The translations under genes and the position numbers were made by a program. DNA of 32,000 nucleotides, from the NCBI GenBank assembly GCA_000025185.1, contig CP001848.1, positions 2,010,001 through 2,042,000 on the forward strand. The letters are read 5' to 3'. The stretch's first letter is position 1. Each line of letters begins with the position of its first letter. The notes beneath the pieces were generated by a model. That model had not been told where the DNA came from. It ran no database searches and saw only the letters and a program-made list of their open reading frames with translations. This document shows, one piece after another, positions 9,070 through 17,369 of the stretch. Source of the stretch: Pirellula staleyi DSM 6068 (lineage in GTDB: Bacteria; Planctomycetota; Planctomycetia; Pirellulales; Pirellulaceae).

Positions 9070-10278
9070 GTGTCACGACTTTCGATCCGCTCCCTTGCTG
9101 TTTCTATTTTGTGGCTGCTCGTTGCCACGTTTGGTCACACGATGGCGGTTGCCGAGGGACCTCTAGTAACGACGGTAGCCCCTGCGGATGTCAACTTCGA
9201 CGAAGCCAAACTCGCCAAGATTGACGAACTGGTGGCCGCAGCACTCGAGAACAAACAACTCCCCGGGTGTGTGGTGGTGATTGGTCGCGCGGGGAAAGTA
9301 GTGCTCAAAAAGGCGTATGGCAACAAGCGGCTTCAGCCGACTCTTGAACCGATGACGACCGACACCGTGTTCGACCTCGCCTCGCTCACCAAACCGATCG
9401 CGACAGCCACCTCGGCGATGATCCTGCTCGACCAAAAGAAGATCGCGCTCGATGATCCGATTGCAAAATATCTTCCCGAACTCGCTGCGAAAGACGATGC
9501 GCCGACCATCGAGCATTTGCTAACGCATACCGCTGGCTACATCGCCGACAACAATATTTCCGACTATCAAAATGGTCGTGAGGTGGCGATTGAAAAATTG
9601 AACGGTCAAAAGCTACGCACCAAACCGGGCAAACAATTTGTGTATAGCGATGTTTGCTTCATGCTTCTCGGGCTTGTTGTGGAGAAAGCAAGTGGCGAGC
9701 CGCTCGATCAGTTTGCCAAGAAGAACATTTTCGAGAAGTTGGGAATGCAAGAGACTGGCTATTTGCCAAGTGATGAACTGAAGCTTCGTGCTGCGCCAAC
9801 CACGATGCGCGATGGGAAGTGGATTCAAGGGGAAGTGCACGATCCCCGCTCGCATTTGCTCGGCGGTGTGGCGGGCCATGCGGGGCTGTTTAGTACGGCA
9901 GATGATCTGGCGATTTATGCCTCGGCGATGCTGAAGCACGGAACCTTGGGAGATGCTTCGCTGATGAGCGATGCGACTTGGAAAGAGATGCTCACGCCTC
10001 GCGAGGTCTTTTCATCGTCGCGCGGAAGTGAGCGACGAGCACAAACACGCTGCCTAGGCTGGGATCATGCGACTGGCTTTTCGTCGAATGCTCCGAGCGG
10101 CAGGTCGGGCTTGGCGATTGGCCACGGAGGTTTCACCGGCACTGCGATGTGGATCGATCCTGAACTCGATCTGTTCGTGATATTTCTCAGCAACCGTGTG
10201 CATCCCGACGGAAGTGGCTCAGTGAATCGACTCGCCGGTGAGATTGGCACCGTAGCGGTTGAAGCGATGCGAAAGTAA
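9070..10278 (+). CDS. Serine hydrolase of the beta-lactamase/PBP (class C-like) family, secreted
   Basis: SxxK motif (ASLTKPIA), YSD (YxN-like) and GHGGFTG motifs. A GTG at 9070 gives a signal-like N-terminus (VSRLSIRSLAVSILWLLVATFG). The 8794 start in the track overlaps the divergent upstream gene and is unlikely. Confidence 0.85.
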   Translation: MSRLSIRSLAVSILWLLVATFGHTMAVAEGPLVTTVAPADVNFDEAKLAKIDELVAAALENKQLPGCVVVIGRAGKVVLKKAYGNKRLQPTLEPMTTDTVFDLASLTKPIATATSAMILLDQKKIALDDPIAKYLPELAAKDDAPTIEHLLTHTAGYIADNNISDYQNGREVAIEKLNGQKLRTKPGKQFVYSDVCFMLLGLVVEKASGEPLDQFAKKNIFEKLGMQETGYLPSDELKLRAAPTTMRDGKWIQGEVHDPRSHLLGGVAGHAGLFSTADDLAIYASAMLKHGTLGDASLMSDATWKEMLTPREVFSSSRGSERRAQTRCLGWDHATGFSSNAPSGRSGLAIGHGGFTGTAMWIDPELDLFVIFLSNRVHPDGSGSVNRLAGEIGTVAVEAMRK

Positions 10279-10366
10279 CGACAATCGCTGGACTTCTTCG
10301 CGCGGGAAGATCCTGAGGCATAATGGAAGCTAGTGGCGTGCTACTAGTAATACTTATTCTCCGTTT

Positions 10367-11317
10367 GTGACAGCTATGAGCGACGAACCCAAAAACGAGA
10401 ATTTGCTGCCGATGGTCAGTGCTGAAGCTGCTGCCGAAAATGCGGCGCAAGAACCGGTTGAAAAGCCTTGGTTCATTCAAGAGACGACCGCTGAGTTTTT
10501 CGAACGCGATGTGATTGAGGCCTCGCACAAACATCCGGTGGTGGTCGATTTCTGGGCCACCTGGTGTCAGCCCTGTCGTTTGCTTTCGCCGGTGCTCGAT
10601 AAGGTGGTGAGCGAGTTCGACGGCCAAATCGTGCTGGTGAAAGCCGACACCGATCAGGTCCCTCGTTTTGCGCAGGCCTTTCGGATCGATTCGATTCCCG
10701 CTGTGTTTGGGCTGAAGCGAGGGAAGGTGGTCGCGCAGTTCAAGGGGCTGCTCCCAGAAGAGCGGCTGCGTGAGTTCTTTAAGTCGTTGCTGCCGACTGA
10801 AGCGGAAGAATTTCTGCGCAAGGCGCAAGAGTTGGAAGCGACGGACCTCGCTGCGAGCGAACAAGCGTATCGCGAAGCACTGATGAAGTCGCCCAACGAT
10901 CTCGAGGCGCTCGGGTCGCTCGCGCGGGTGCTACTGGCGCAGAATAAGCTCGAGGATTGTAAAGTGCTTTTGGCCGAGGCCGAGAAAGCGGGCGTGGTCG
11001 AAGGGGGGCTCGCGAAAATCGCTGCGCAGGTGCGACTCGCGTCGACAGCCGTTCCGAGCGACAAGCTTGCCGATCTGCAGAGCAAATTGGCAGCCGACCC
11101 GAAGGCACACGACATTCGTCTGCAGTGGGCTGAAGGTCTGCTGGCGGCTGGTGAATCACGCGCCGCACTCGAGGCGTTTCTCTATGTCGTCGAAAACGAT
11201 CGAGCCAAGTTTCGTTCGCAAGCGCGAGAGAAAATGGTCGATGCGTTTCGCGTCCTCGGCGAAGAGAATCCACTCGTCGCCGAGTTCCGCCGCAACCTGT
11301 CGCTAGCGCTCTACTAA
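10367..11317 (+). CDS. Thioredoxin-domain protein with a C-terminal TPR-like region (YbbN/CnoX-type)
   Basis: VVVDFWATWCQPCRLLSPVL thioredoxin motif (CQPC rather than CGPC), followed by a helical Ala/Leu-rich repeat region. Confidence 0.85.
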   Translation: MTAMSDEPKNENLLPMVSAEAAAENAAQEPVEKPWFIQETTAEFFERDVIEASHKHPVVVDFWATWCQPCRLLSPVLDKVVSEFDGQIVLVKADTDQVPRFAQAFRIDSIPAVFGLKRGKVVAQFKGLLPEERLREFFKSLLPTEAEEFLRKAQELEATDLAASEQAYREALMKSPNDLEALGSLARVLLAQNKLEDCKVLLAEAEKAGVVEGGLAKIAAQVRLASTAVPSDKLADLQSKLAADPKAHDIRLQWAEGLLAAGESRAALEAFLYVVENDRAKFRSQAREKMVDAFRVLGEENPLVAEFRRNLSLALY

Positions 11318-11350
11318 TCGGCACCTAGCATCTATCGGCTACGGTGCACA

Positions 11351-11581
11351 TTAGATGGCTTGAGCGGCGGCAGGAACGGGCGTCGCAGGAAGTTTGGCTT
11401 CACGTGCCAGACGTGCAGCGCGAGCTGCTTCCACGACGGCAATTTTCATGTCGTCGAGCGAAACATGTCGCGGATCGATGTGCGCATCTTCAAAGGTGAA
11501 GAAGACGGCGTTCACAAGATCGTCGTTCGATCGGGCTTTGCGGGCTCGCTTGTGGATGGCTTGTCGGAGTTGTTCGTTCAT
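11351..11581 (-). CDS. Small hypothetical protein (76 aa)
   Basis: ATG preceded by AAGGACGAAAG. Composition is protein-like, whereas the two overlapping plus-strand ORFs are Arg/Ser/Cys-rich artefacts. No family recognised. Confidence 0.45.
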   Translation of the reverse strand: MNEQLRQAIHKRARKARSNDDLVNAVFFTFEDAHIDPRHVSLDDMKIAVVEAARAARLAREAKLPATPVPAAAQAI

Positions 11582-11959
11582 AATTTCTTTCGTCCTTGAT
11601 CGCTGCAGCGAAGTATCGCGTGCAATGCTTCGCTAGGTTGCCACTAAGCTCGCAAGCGGGGCCCTTCTTGGCCCACACTCGACATAGAGCTCAGTGGTTG
11701 GCGATCTGCTGGTGGTTACTCTCGCTCGCCCACTTCGGGCGATGCAACATGCATCAGCCAGCAAAGGGGAAGTTCCGTGACCTCACAGCAGTAGCCGATT
11801 GATCGTGTGCTCGATCGACACCGGGCTCCCATTTTTTGGAAGCCGCAATGCTGCGTCGTGCGACGAAGTGATGACACGCATCAGCCGTCGCGGTTCGCAC
11901 CAATCGAACGTTTTGGAGGGTGTTGCTAGTTTCGGGAGAACATCTCCTCTAACCGCAAA

Positions 11960-12238
11960 ATGACCTCTTTCATCAAACTCGTTACCAGGGAATTCGATTC
12001 GCCGAAGCTCTTCTTAAGTGACAATACTCCCGAATTTCTCAGGAAGTTGCACCGAGCAGGCGCAAATCGAAAAGGCTGGCAAAGTTATGCAGATTTTGAA
12101 GTCAGCATGACTCGGTGGGGGCGAGGTGTCAGGTGGGGCGACCTGCGAGTGGCGTTTTCGCCGAGCAAAAAGCTCGAATCGGGGCCAATTCGCTTGTCGT
12201 ACGCCTCATTGTATCGCCCAGTCGACGTGACGTCTTGA
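11960..12238 (+). CDS. Hypothetical protein (92 aa)
   Basis: ATG ORF in otherwise unassigned DNA with plausible composition. No clear RBS and no recognised domain. Confidence 0.3.
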   Translation: MTSFIKLVTREFDSPKLFLSDNTPEFLRKLHRAGANRKGWQSYADFEVSMTRWGRGVRWGDLRVAFSPSKKLESGPIRLSYASLYRPVDVTS

Positions 12239-12452
12239 GCGGTATTTGCCCAGTCGCAATCGCCAGTTTTGATCGGTTCAGCTAACGGAAAACCGGCTTC
12301 CCCAGCGGGTGGCGTAAGGGAACCGAGCAGGCTCGCGTGGAGGAAAAAGAGGCCGAAAAAATTCAGCGTCCCAACCGCCAGAGAGGGGTGCTAGTGCTGC
12401 TAGACAGCTCGCTTCGCTACGTGCAGCATCGCCGTGAGACTTGAACAACCCT

Positions 12453-12824
12453 TTATCGCCGACGGTTTCGCCATCGCAGGAACCACACAAACAGGCTCAG
12501 AATGGTCATTCCCAAAAGGGGTGAGGTGAGGGCTACCAGAATGCCTGCCAGCTGCATGCCAGCTTGCCCCTGCGCCCCGCGCACCAAGTAGTACGCCGGA
12601 GCGACCATCACGCCGACCACCAGCATCACCACCATCATGCCGAGCAGGTTGAATTGCAGTCCGCTGCTGCCCGAGGGTGCAGGTCGACCCGGTGGTCCTG
12701 AAACTGGTTTGCCAGACGTCGGTGGCACGTGAGAAAACTCCGAGCTAATCGGCCGCAGAACCAAGGAACGCATCTGAATTGCGTTTGCGAGTGCGTGGCG
12801 CTTCGATGCAATTGCTGGATGCAA
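12453..12824 (-). CDS. Small membrane protein with two predicted TM helices and a Pro/Gly/Ser-rich N-terminal region
   Basis: Hydrophobic segments LLGMMVVMLVVGVMVAPAYYLV and LAGILVALTSPLLGMTILSLFVWFL, with a basic tail RWRNRRR. The track start (12824) is a TTG directly after the upstream stop. The first ATG is at 12773 (MRSLVL...). Confidence 0.55.
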   Translation of the reverse strand: MHPAIASKRHALANAIQMRSLVLRPISSEFSHVPPTSGKPVSGPPGRPAPSGSSGLQFNLLGMMVVMLVVGVMVAPAYYLVRGAQGQAGMQLAGILVALTSPLLGMTILSLFVWFLRWRNRRR

Positions 12825-13784
12825 TTATAGCTGCGAGAGTTCCGGCGTGCGCTCGGAAGATGCTGCCGGACCGCAAGAGCCTGGGGCGCATGCTTTCGCT
12901 GGCGAAGAGGTGCGTGGCTCGTGCAATCGATAGATGTAGCTGACGAGCTGCGACTGCGATACTTCGCGATCGATCGGAAGCATGAGGTAGCTCGCCGCTG
13001 TGCAGCAACCGTCGAGAATGACTTGCGTATCGTTGGGGGTGCTAAAACCGGCCGAGCAAGGTTCGTGACCATGCACAAGCAGCTTTGCCCCCACTTGCTG
13101 CGCGAAGGCGGCAGCGTTTTCGCGGCGGAAATCCCGGCCCCAAACGAGCTTAAAGGCGGCGCTTCCTTGGCGATAGTCGGCCGGAGTAAGCGAGCGCTCG
13201 AACACCGAGACATCAAACGGCTGTTGGTCGCACTTCTCGGGACAGCTATGACTGATGAAGACGCCGGTCGAGAGCTTGATCGCCAGCGGACAACTGGCAA
13301 GAAAATCCAAGTAGGCTTGCCGTACACGCTCGCCCCGACAGCCGTACATCTCGGTGATGCCGTGGCGAAACAGCAGGTTGAGCATCTTTCGTTTCTTGGC
13401 AATCGGATAATCACCTAGCTCGGCGAGCTCGTGATTACTGAGCAAGAAATGGAAACGCGTGGGATAGGTCTGCTTCAGGCGAATGCAATCTTCGAGGAGC
13501 AGATGCGACATGCAGCCGCCATCGCCCGGATACTGAGGTCCGCCATGGCAAACCTCTTGCAGCACCAGATGACGATGGGGGTGATCGTCGAGCGCTGCGA
13601 CGCGAAGCAGCTTTTCGTAGTTCAGGCGATTGCCGTGTAGATCGGCCACCACCATGATCTCGGTCCCTTCGCTGGGCGAGAGATGCACGATGTTTCCACG
13701 GCGGCCGGGCGTGCGGCGATTCGCATCTGCCGCTGTTTGGCAGAGAGAAATCACCCCATCGGCGATGTGAGAAGTGCACGTCAT
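12825..13784 (-). CDS. Calcineurin-like metallophosphoesterase (PPP/ApaH-like phosphatase family)
   Basis: Motifs VVADLHGN, LLSNHELAE, FISHSCP and LLVHGHEP. I prefer ATG at 13784 (MTCTSHIADG...). The 87-aa extension to 14045 is not protein-like and overlaps the divergent gene's upstream region. Confidence 0.8.
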   Translation of the reverse strand: MTCTSHIADGVISLCQTAADANRRTPGRRGNIVHLSPSEGTEIMVVADLHGNRLNYEKLLRVAALDDHPHRHLVLQEVCHGGPQYPGDGGCMSHLLLEDCIRLKQTYPTRFHFLLSNHELAELGDYPIAKKRKMLNLLFRHGITEMYGCRGERVRQAYLDFLASCPLAIKLSTGVFISHSCPEKCDQQPFDVSVFERSLTPADYRQGSAAFKLVWGRDFRRENAAAFAQQVGAKLLVHGHEPCSAGFSTPNDTQVILDGCCTAASYLMLPIDREVSQSQLVSYIYRLHEPRTSSPAKACAPGSCGPAASSERTPELSQL

Positions 13785-14135
13785 ATCGAGCCAACAATCG
13801 CCAGCGAGAGAAGAATTCAGCGAGCCAAACGTAAGCGGAGGTAGCGGAGCACTACTGAGTTGTAACTCCCGTGATCGCTCTGCACCAAGGAATCTGCTTC
13901 CATTGTTTATGTCTGCTCCAGAAAAGGCCAGTCCCCTGAAAGTGTAGTGAGCCGCTGGAGAAATGGACTCGCGGCAAAATGGAACAGCTGAAGGGAAAAA
14001 CTGCTTGTTTTTGGGCCTGCCTTCCCGCATGTGGCGAGAACGCAACCTAAGTTTGACTTACTGGGGGTAATGGATGTCATTGCGCCCCAAAAGCCTCGAA
14101 GCTCTGCGCCGCTGTGCCAGAGTGGAGTGCCGCTC

Positions 14136-14819
14136 ATGAGTCAACAAAAGCGCCGCTGGTTTCGGATGCAAGTTCCTGCAGGACAAGAGTTTGCAGAACT
14201 GCGCGTGGGGCAGCGAAAGCTCTCAGTACGACTCATCGACGAATCGGTCGGCGGGTTTGCCGTAATCTGCGATCATCCGCTCGACGTACAACGAGGAACG
14301 CAGATGATTCTCCGCACTCCTGCGGGTTGGCATCGCGTGCAAGTGGTTCGTATTGAAGAGTTTAGCGACGCCATGCTGCTGGGGATGGCCCGTTTGGCCG
14401 ACCTCGATCACCCGGACGATGTCGCGGAAACGCAGCTCGCTGGTTGGCGCTATCTGTGCTTCTCGAGCCTTCGTCAAAAACTACTCCCCGATGGCTCCAT
14501 GTCCCTCAGTGGCAGCGCTTTCGTGGCAATTGCGATGGTTGGCATCTTGGTCGGGGGATTTTTTCTGGCGGGGTACAAGCCGCCCAAGAATCTGCGCCAA
14601 GGATTTTCCAGCATCGCTGCTTGGGCGAGCTGGAAACCGGCTGGCCCCGCCTCGCCGAGCAATTCGTCGCGCAGCTGGAATCTCCAGGAGATGGGGCGGC
14701 CCAAAATCGATGCTCCCTCCACCGAAACGGACACAGCGGGTGCAGCGATTGACCCCGGTTCGGCACCTGTTATAGCCTCCCCCCCTGCTCTTCCCTCTGC
14801 CAGGCGAGCGGGTCGCTAA
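14136..14819 (+). CDS. PilZ-domain protein with one TM helix and a Pro/Ser-rich tail (candidate c-di-GMP receptor)
   Basis: RxxxR (RRWFR) is followed 24 aa later by DxSxxG (DESVGG). TM segment SAFVAIAMVGILVGGFFLAGY. ATG at 14136 is preferred over 14031. Confidence 0.7.
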   Translation: MSQQKRRWFRMQVPAGQEFAELRVGQRKLSVRLIDESVGGFAVICDHPLDVQRGTQMILRTPAGWHRVQVVRIEEFSDAMLLGMARLADLDHPDDVAETQLAGWRYLCFSSLRQKLLPDGSMSLSGSAFVAIAMVGILVGGFFLAGYKPPKNLRQGFSSIAAWASWKPAGPASPSNSSRSWNLQEMGRPKIDAPSTETDTAGAAIDPGSAPVIASPPALPSARRAGR

Positions 14820-15023
14820 GTTCCGAACGTAGCGATTTGTTCAATTTTCCCGGCTGTGCCGCCGATCTCACTAGGGATGGATCGTAGTGGTTGTACTCCC
14901 GCCGCCCGGCTGGATCGCTCGTAAGAGCTGGCATCTGCCAGGGCCCTCCACGCAATTCACCAGAAAGTGCTCTACCCGCACGAGTACTCGATGACCCAAC
15001 TGCTAGTCAAGGAAGATTTGGCA

Positions 15024-15341
15024 ATGAGAGCTTGCATTCTGGTCGCCGTCGCCCTGCTATTGGCTGCGACTTCTTCGGGCTGCAACGGCATCAACCTCGC
15101 TCGTCGAGGCGGCTGCTCCGGTTGCCAGCAATGTGGCCCTGCCCGTGGTGGACACATGATGGGGCATGGTGGTGCCAACGGTGGCGGCCTGCTCGGACAT
15201 GGCATGGCTGGTCATCACCAGAGCCGCGCATACGAAGGCCCTCAAGGACCAGCAACCGGTCAGGTGGCCTACCCTTATTACACGACGCGTGGTCCACGCG
15301 ATTTCCTGATCAACAATCCACCTTCGATTGGTCCTTACTAA
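15024..15341 (+). CDS. Small Cys/His/Met/Gly-rich lipoprotein with a C-terminal YPYYTTRGPRDFL...PPSIGPY motif
   Basis: AAGGAAG (15009-15015) precedes ATG 15024. Signal plus lipobox-like MRACILVAVALLLAATSSGC. Contains CSGCQQC and GHMMGHGG...GHGMAGHH tracts. Confidence 0.7.
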   Translation: MRACILVAVALLLAATSSGCNGINLARRGGCSGCQQCGPARGGHMMGHGGANGGGLLGHGMAGHHQSRAYEGPQGPATGQVAYPYYTTRGPRDFLINNPPSIGPY

Positions 15342-15412
15342 TCGTCGGCTGATTAGGGCACGACAGATCCGAAGCGCAAGTCGCTTCGCACAAATATCCC
15401 GGGGGGGACATA

Positions 15413-15470
15413 CCAACGCCGATTGCCGTGGGGAAACCCATGTTGCGATCGGCGTTGGCGTTTCTTGTCT
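15413..15470. terminator. Hairpin between convergent genes (possible terminator)
   Basis: Perfect 11-bp inverted repeat CCAACGCCGAT (15413-15423) / ATCGGCGTTGG (15447-15457) with a 23-nt loop, followed by T-rich CGTTTCTTGTCT. A second 7-bp hairpin, CGAAGCG/CGCTTCG, lies at 15370-15388. Confidence 0.35.
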
Positions 15471-15514
15471 GCTCGCCCCTTATGCTCCAAGCGAGATGTT
15501 CGTCTCGTGGCCAT

Positions 15515-16096
15515 CTACGATCGAAGCTTCGCTGCCGTGGTGGCCACTGCAGCGCCGATTTTCAGCACGCTGGCTTTCTGTGCGTCGTCTTTCAGAGTCC
15601 CTTCGGGGGTGAAGGCATCCCCGGCTTTCATCACTGCCACTTGCTGTGGCAACACGATTACACCAATGTTGCCGAGGATCGAGCGCAAATGAACGAGCGC
15701 TCGAAGACCACCGAGCGCGCCGGTCGACGTCGACAACAGCCCCGCCACTTTCCCTTGAAAAACACCGGTGGCATTCACTTCCGGCGTTTTTCGCGAGAGC
15801 CAATCGATCGTGTTCTTCAGGGCTGCCGAGATCGAACTGTTGTACTCGGGTGAAGCAATCAGGAAGCCATCGGCTGCATGAAACTTCGCGTGCAGGTCGT
15901 CGAGGCGACGTGGGCGAGGAGTTAGTTTTTCCACATCCTCGTCGAACATCGGGAGGGGATATTCCGTCAAGTCGATCACCTCGACATTGGCACCAGCCGC
16001 CACTGCTCCCTCGGCCGCAATTTTCACCAGTTTCTTGTTATACGAATCGCGTCGTAAACTTCCGGCAAATGCCAGAATGGTCGGAGTATAAGCCAT
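15515..16096 (-). CDS. NAD(P)H-dependent FMN reductase family oxidoreductase
   Basis: 193 aa. N-terminal ILAFAGSLRRDSYNKKL and SPEYNSSISAALKNTIDW are typical of the flavodoxin-like FMN reductase family. Confidence 0.9.
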   Translation of the reverse strand: MAYTPTILAFAGSLRRDSYNKKLVKIAAEGAVAAGANVEVIDLTEYPLPMFDEDVEKLTPRPRRLDDLHAKFHAADGFLIASPEYNSSISAALKNTIDWLSRKTPEVNATGVFQGKVAGLLSTSTGALGGLRALVHLRSILGNIGVIVLPQQVAVMKAGDAFTPEGTLKDDAQKASVLKIGAAVATTAAKLRS

Positions 16097-16212
16097 AGCA
16101 AATTCTTTCCAGCTTCGTCAAATTTCAGAGTAAAGGGGGCATCGACGAACCGAGCTTGCCATCATTGCTGATGCAGTTATCGCCGTTTCGCGAAGTTTTT
16201 TACGACACAGCC

Positions 16213-16698
16213 TTAGCTGTCCGACTGCACGTGAGCTTCCAAGAACCAGAGGTACTTGTCGAGTTCGCGCGAGAGACCTGTGAAGAGGTCCGACGTGTCG
16301 GCATCACCCAGGTCGGCTGAGGTAGCGATGGCCGCCCGCGTCGATTTGCCCACGGCTGCCACGGCGCTAATCAGCTGCTGCAGATGCTGCTTGCCGGTGG
16401 TGTGCGAGAGCGGATACTCAGGAAGTTTGGTCGCTGCTGCGATGCTGCCAATCGTTCCCGCAGCAACACCGCCGAGAGCAGTCACCCGTTCGGCAATTTC
16501 ATCAACGCCGTCGTCGGCCACATCGACCACTTTGTCGAACAGCTCGTGAAGCGCAATGAAGTTAGGTCCCTTCACATTCCAGTGGGCCTGTTTGGCTTGT
16601 AGCGCCAGGTTAATCGTGTCGGCTAGTTGGGCATTCAGCAAAGCAATCAGCTGAGCGCGACTCTCTTCGGGCAGATCGATACTGGTTCGAAACATCAT
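16213..16698 (-). CDS. dps: Dps (DNA starvation/stationary-phase protection, ferritin-like) protein
   Basis: 161 aa with LNAQLADTINLALQAKQAHWNVKGPNFIALHELFD and downstream ...DEIAERV..., the Dps ferroxidase-site pattern. Confidence 0.93.
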   Translation of the reverse strand: MMFRTSIDLPEESRAQLIALLNAQLADTINLALQAKQAHWNVKGPNFIALHELFDKVVDVADDGVDEIAERVTALGGVAAGTIGSIAAATKLPEYPLSHTTGKQHLQQLISAVAAVGKSTRAAIATSADLGDADTSDLFTGLSRELDKYLWFLEAHVQSDS

Positions 16699-16841
16699 CG
16701 GAGTTATCTCCTGCGAGTAGTGCGCGAGCCTTTCAGCGGCTCGCGGCGGAATGATTCTAGTGGAGGAGCGTCTGGAGAGGAGGTCGCTTTCAAACAGCTA
16801 CTAATCTATCGCTCCGTCCATCCAAGGCTATTGGTCGACCG

Positions 16842-17273
16842 TTAAGTAATCTTTTCGTTCTCGCGACCTTCTCGCGAGTCGATACTCATCGCTCCCGGTC
16901 CGTTGGCGATGATACCGACCATTGCTCCCATGAGCGCTAGGTTCTTCATGAACTGGATCATTTCACCTTGCGATTGATCGGCAGGAAGGGTCCAGAATGC
17001 ATGGAAGTAGTAAGTGGCAAGGACCAGGAAGACGAGCAGCAGCGTAGCCCCAAAACGGGCGTACCAACCGAGCAGGACACTTACGCCACCCACTAGCAGA
17101 AACGCAATGGCCCCAACGAGCATCAGCGAAGGAAACGGAACCCCTTTCGACTGCATGTAGCCCACCACGCCGCTGAACTGAGGAATTTTGTTCCCCAGTG
17201 CACTCATCAAAAAGATGGTAACGAGCATCAATCGACCAACCACTGCCAAGACGTTATTTACAACAGCAGGCAT
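16842..17273 (-). CDS. DoxX family membrane protein
   Basis: 143 aa with four hydrophobic helices. GRLMLVTIFLMSALGNK... and ...FGATLLLVFLVLATYYFHAFW are typical of DoxX. Confidence 0.85.
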   Translation of the reverse strand: MPAVVNNVLAVVGRLMLVTIFLMSALGNKIPQFSGVVGYMQSKGVPFPSLMLVGAIAFLLVGGVSVLLGWYARFGATLLLVFLVLATYYFHAFWTLPADQSQGEMIQFMKNLALMGAMVGIIANGPGAMSIDSREGRENEKIT

Positions 17274-17369
17274 CGGAATCTCTTTCGAAAAATAGTGTCA
17301 AACGCGTGAAAAAAGGGCGTTACCCAAGCCAACCTGGATAACGCTGGAGAAAGTTTCAATCAGGTCCCG

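Noticed and set aside
9961-9990. CUGAUGA hammerhead-like cores; also at 10877, 13257 and 31036
   Set aside because: All lie inside well-supported coding regions. None has a stable helix II or a correctly placed GAAA.
10187-10864. 225-aa minus-strand ORF spanning the serine hydrolase / thioredoxin junction
   Set aside because: It overlaps two well-supported plus-strand genes, is rich in Arg, Phe and His, and has no motif.
12635-13414. 259-aa minus-strand ORF in another frame of the phosphoesterase gene
   Set aside because: It is an out-of-frame overlap with a gene that shows clear metallophosphoesterase motifs, and its product is Ser/Arg/Cys-rich.
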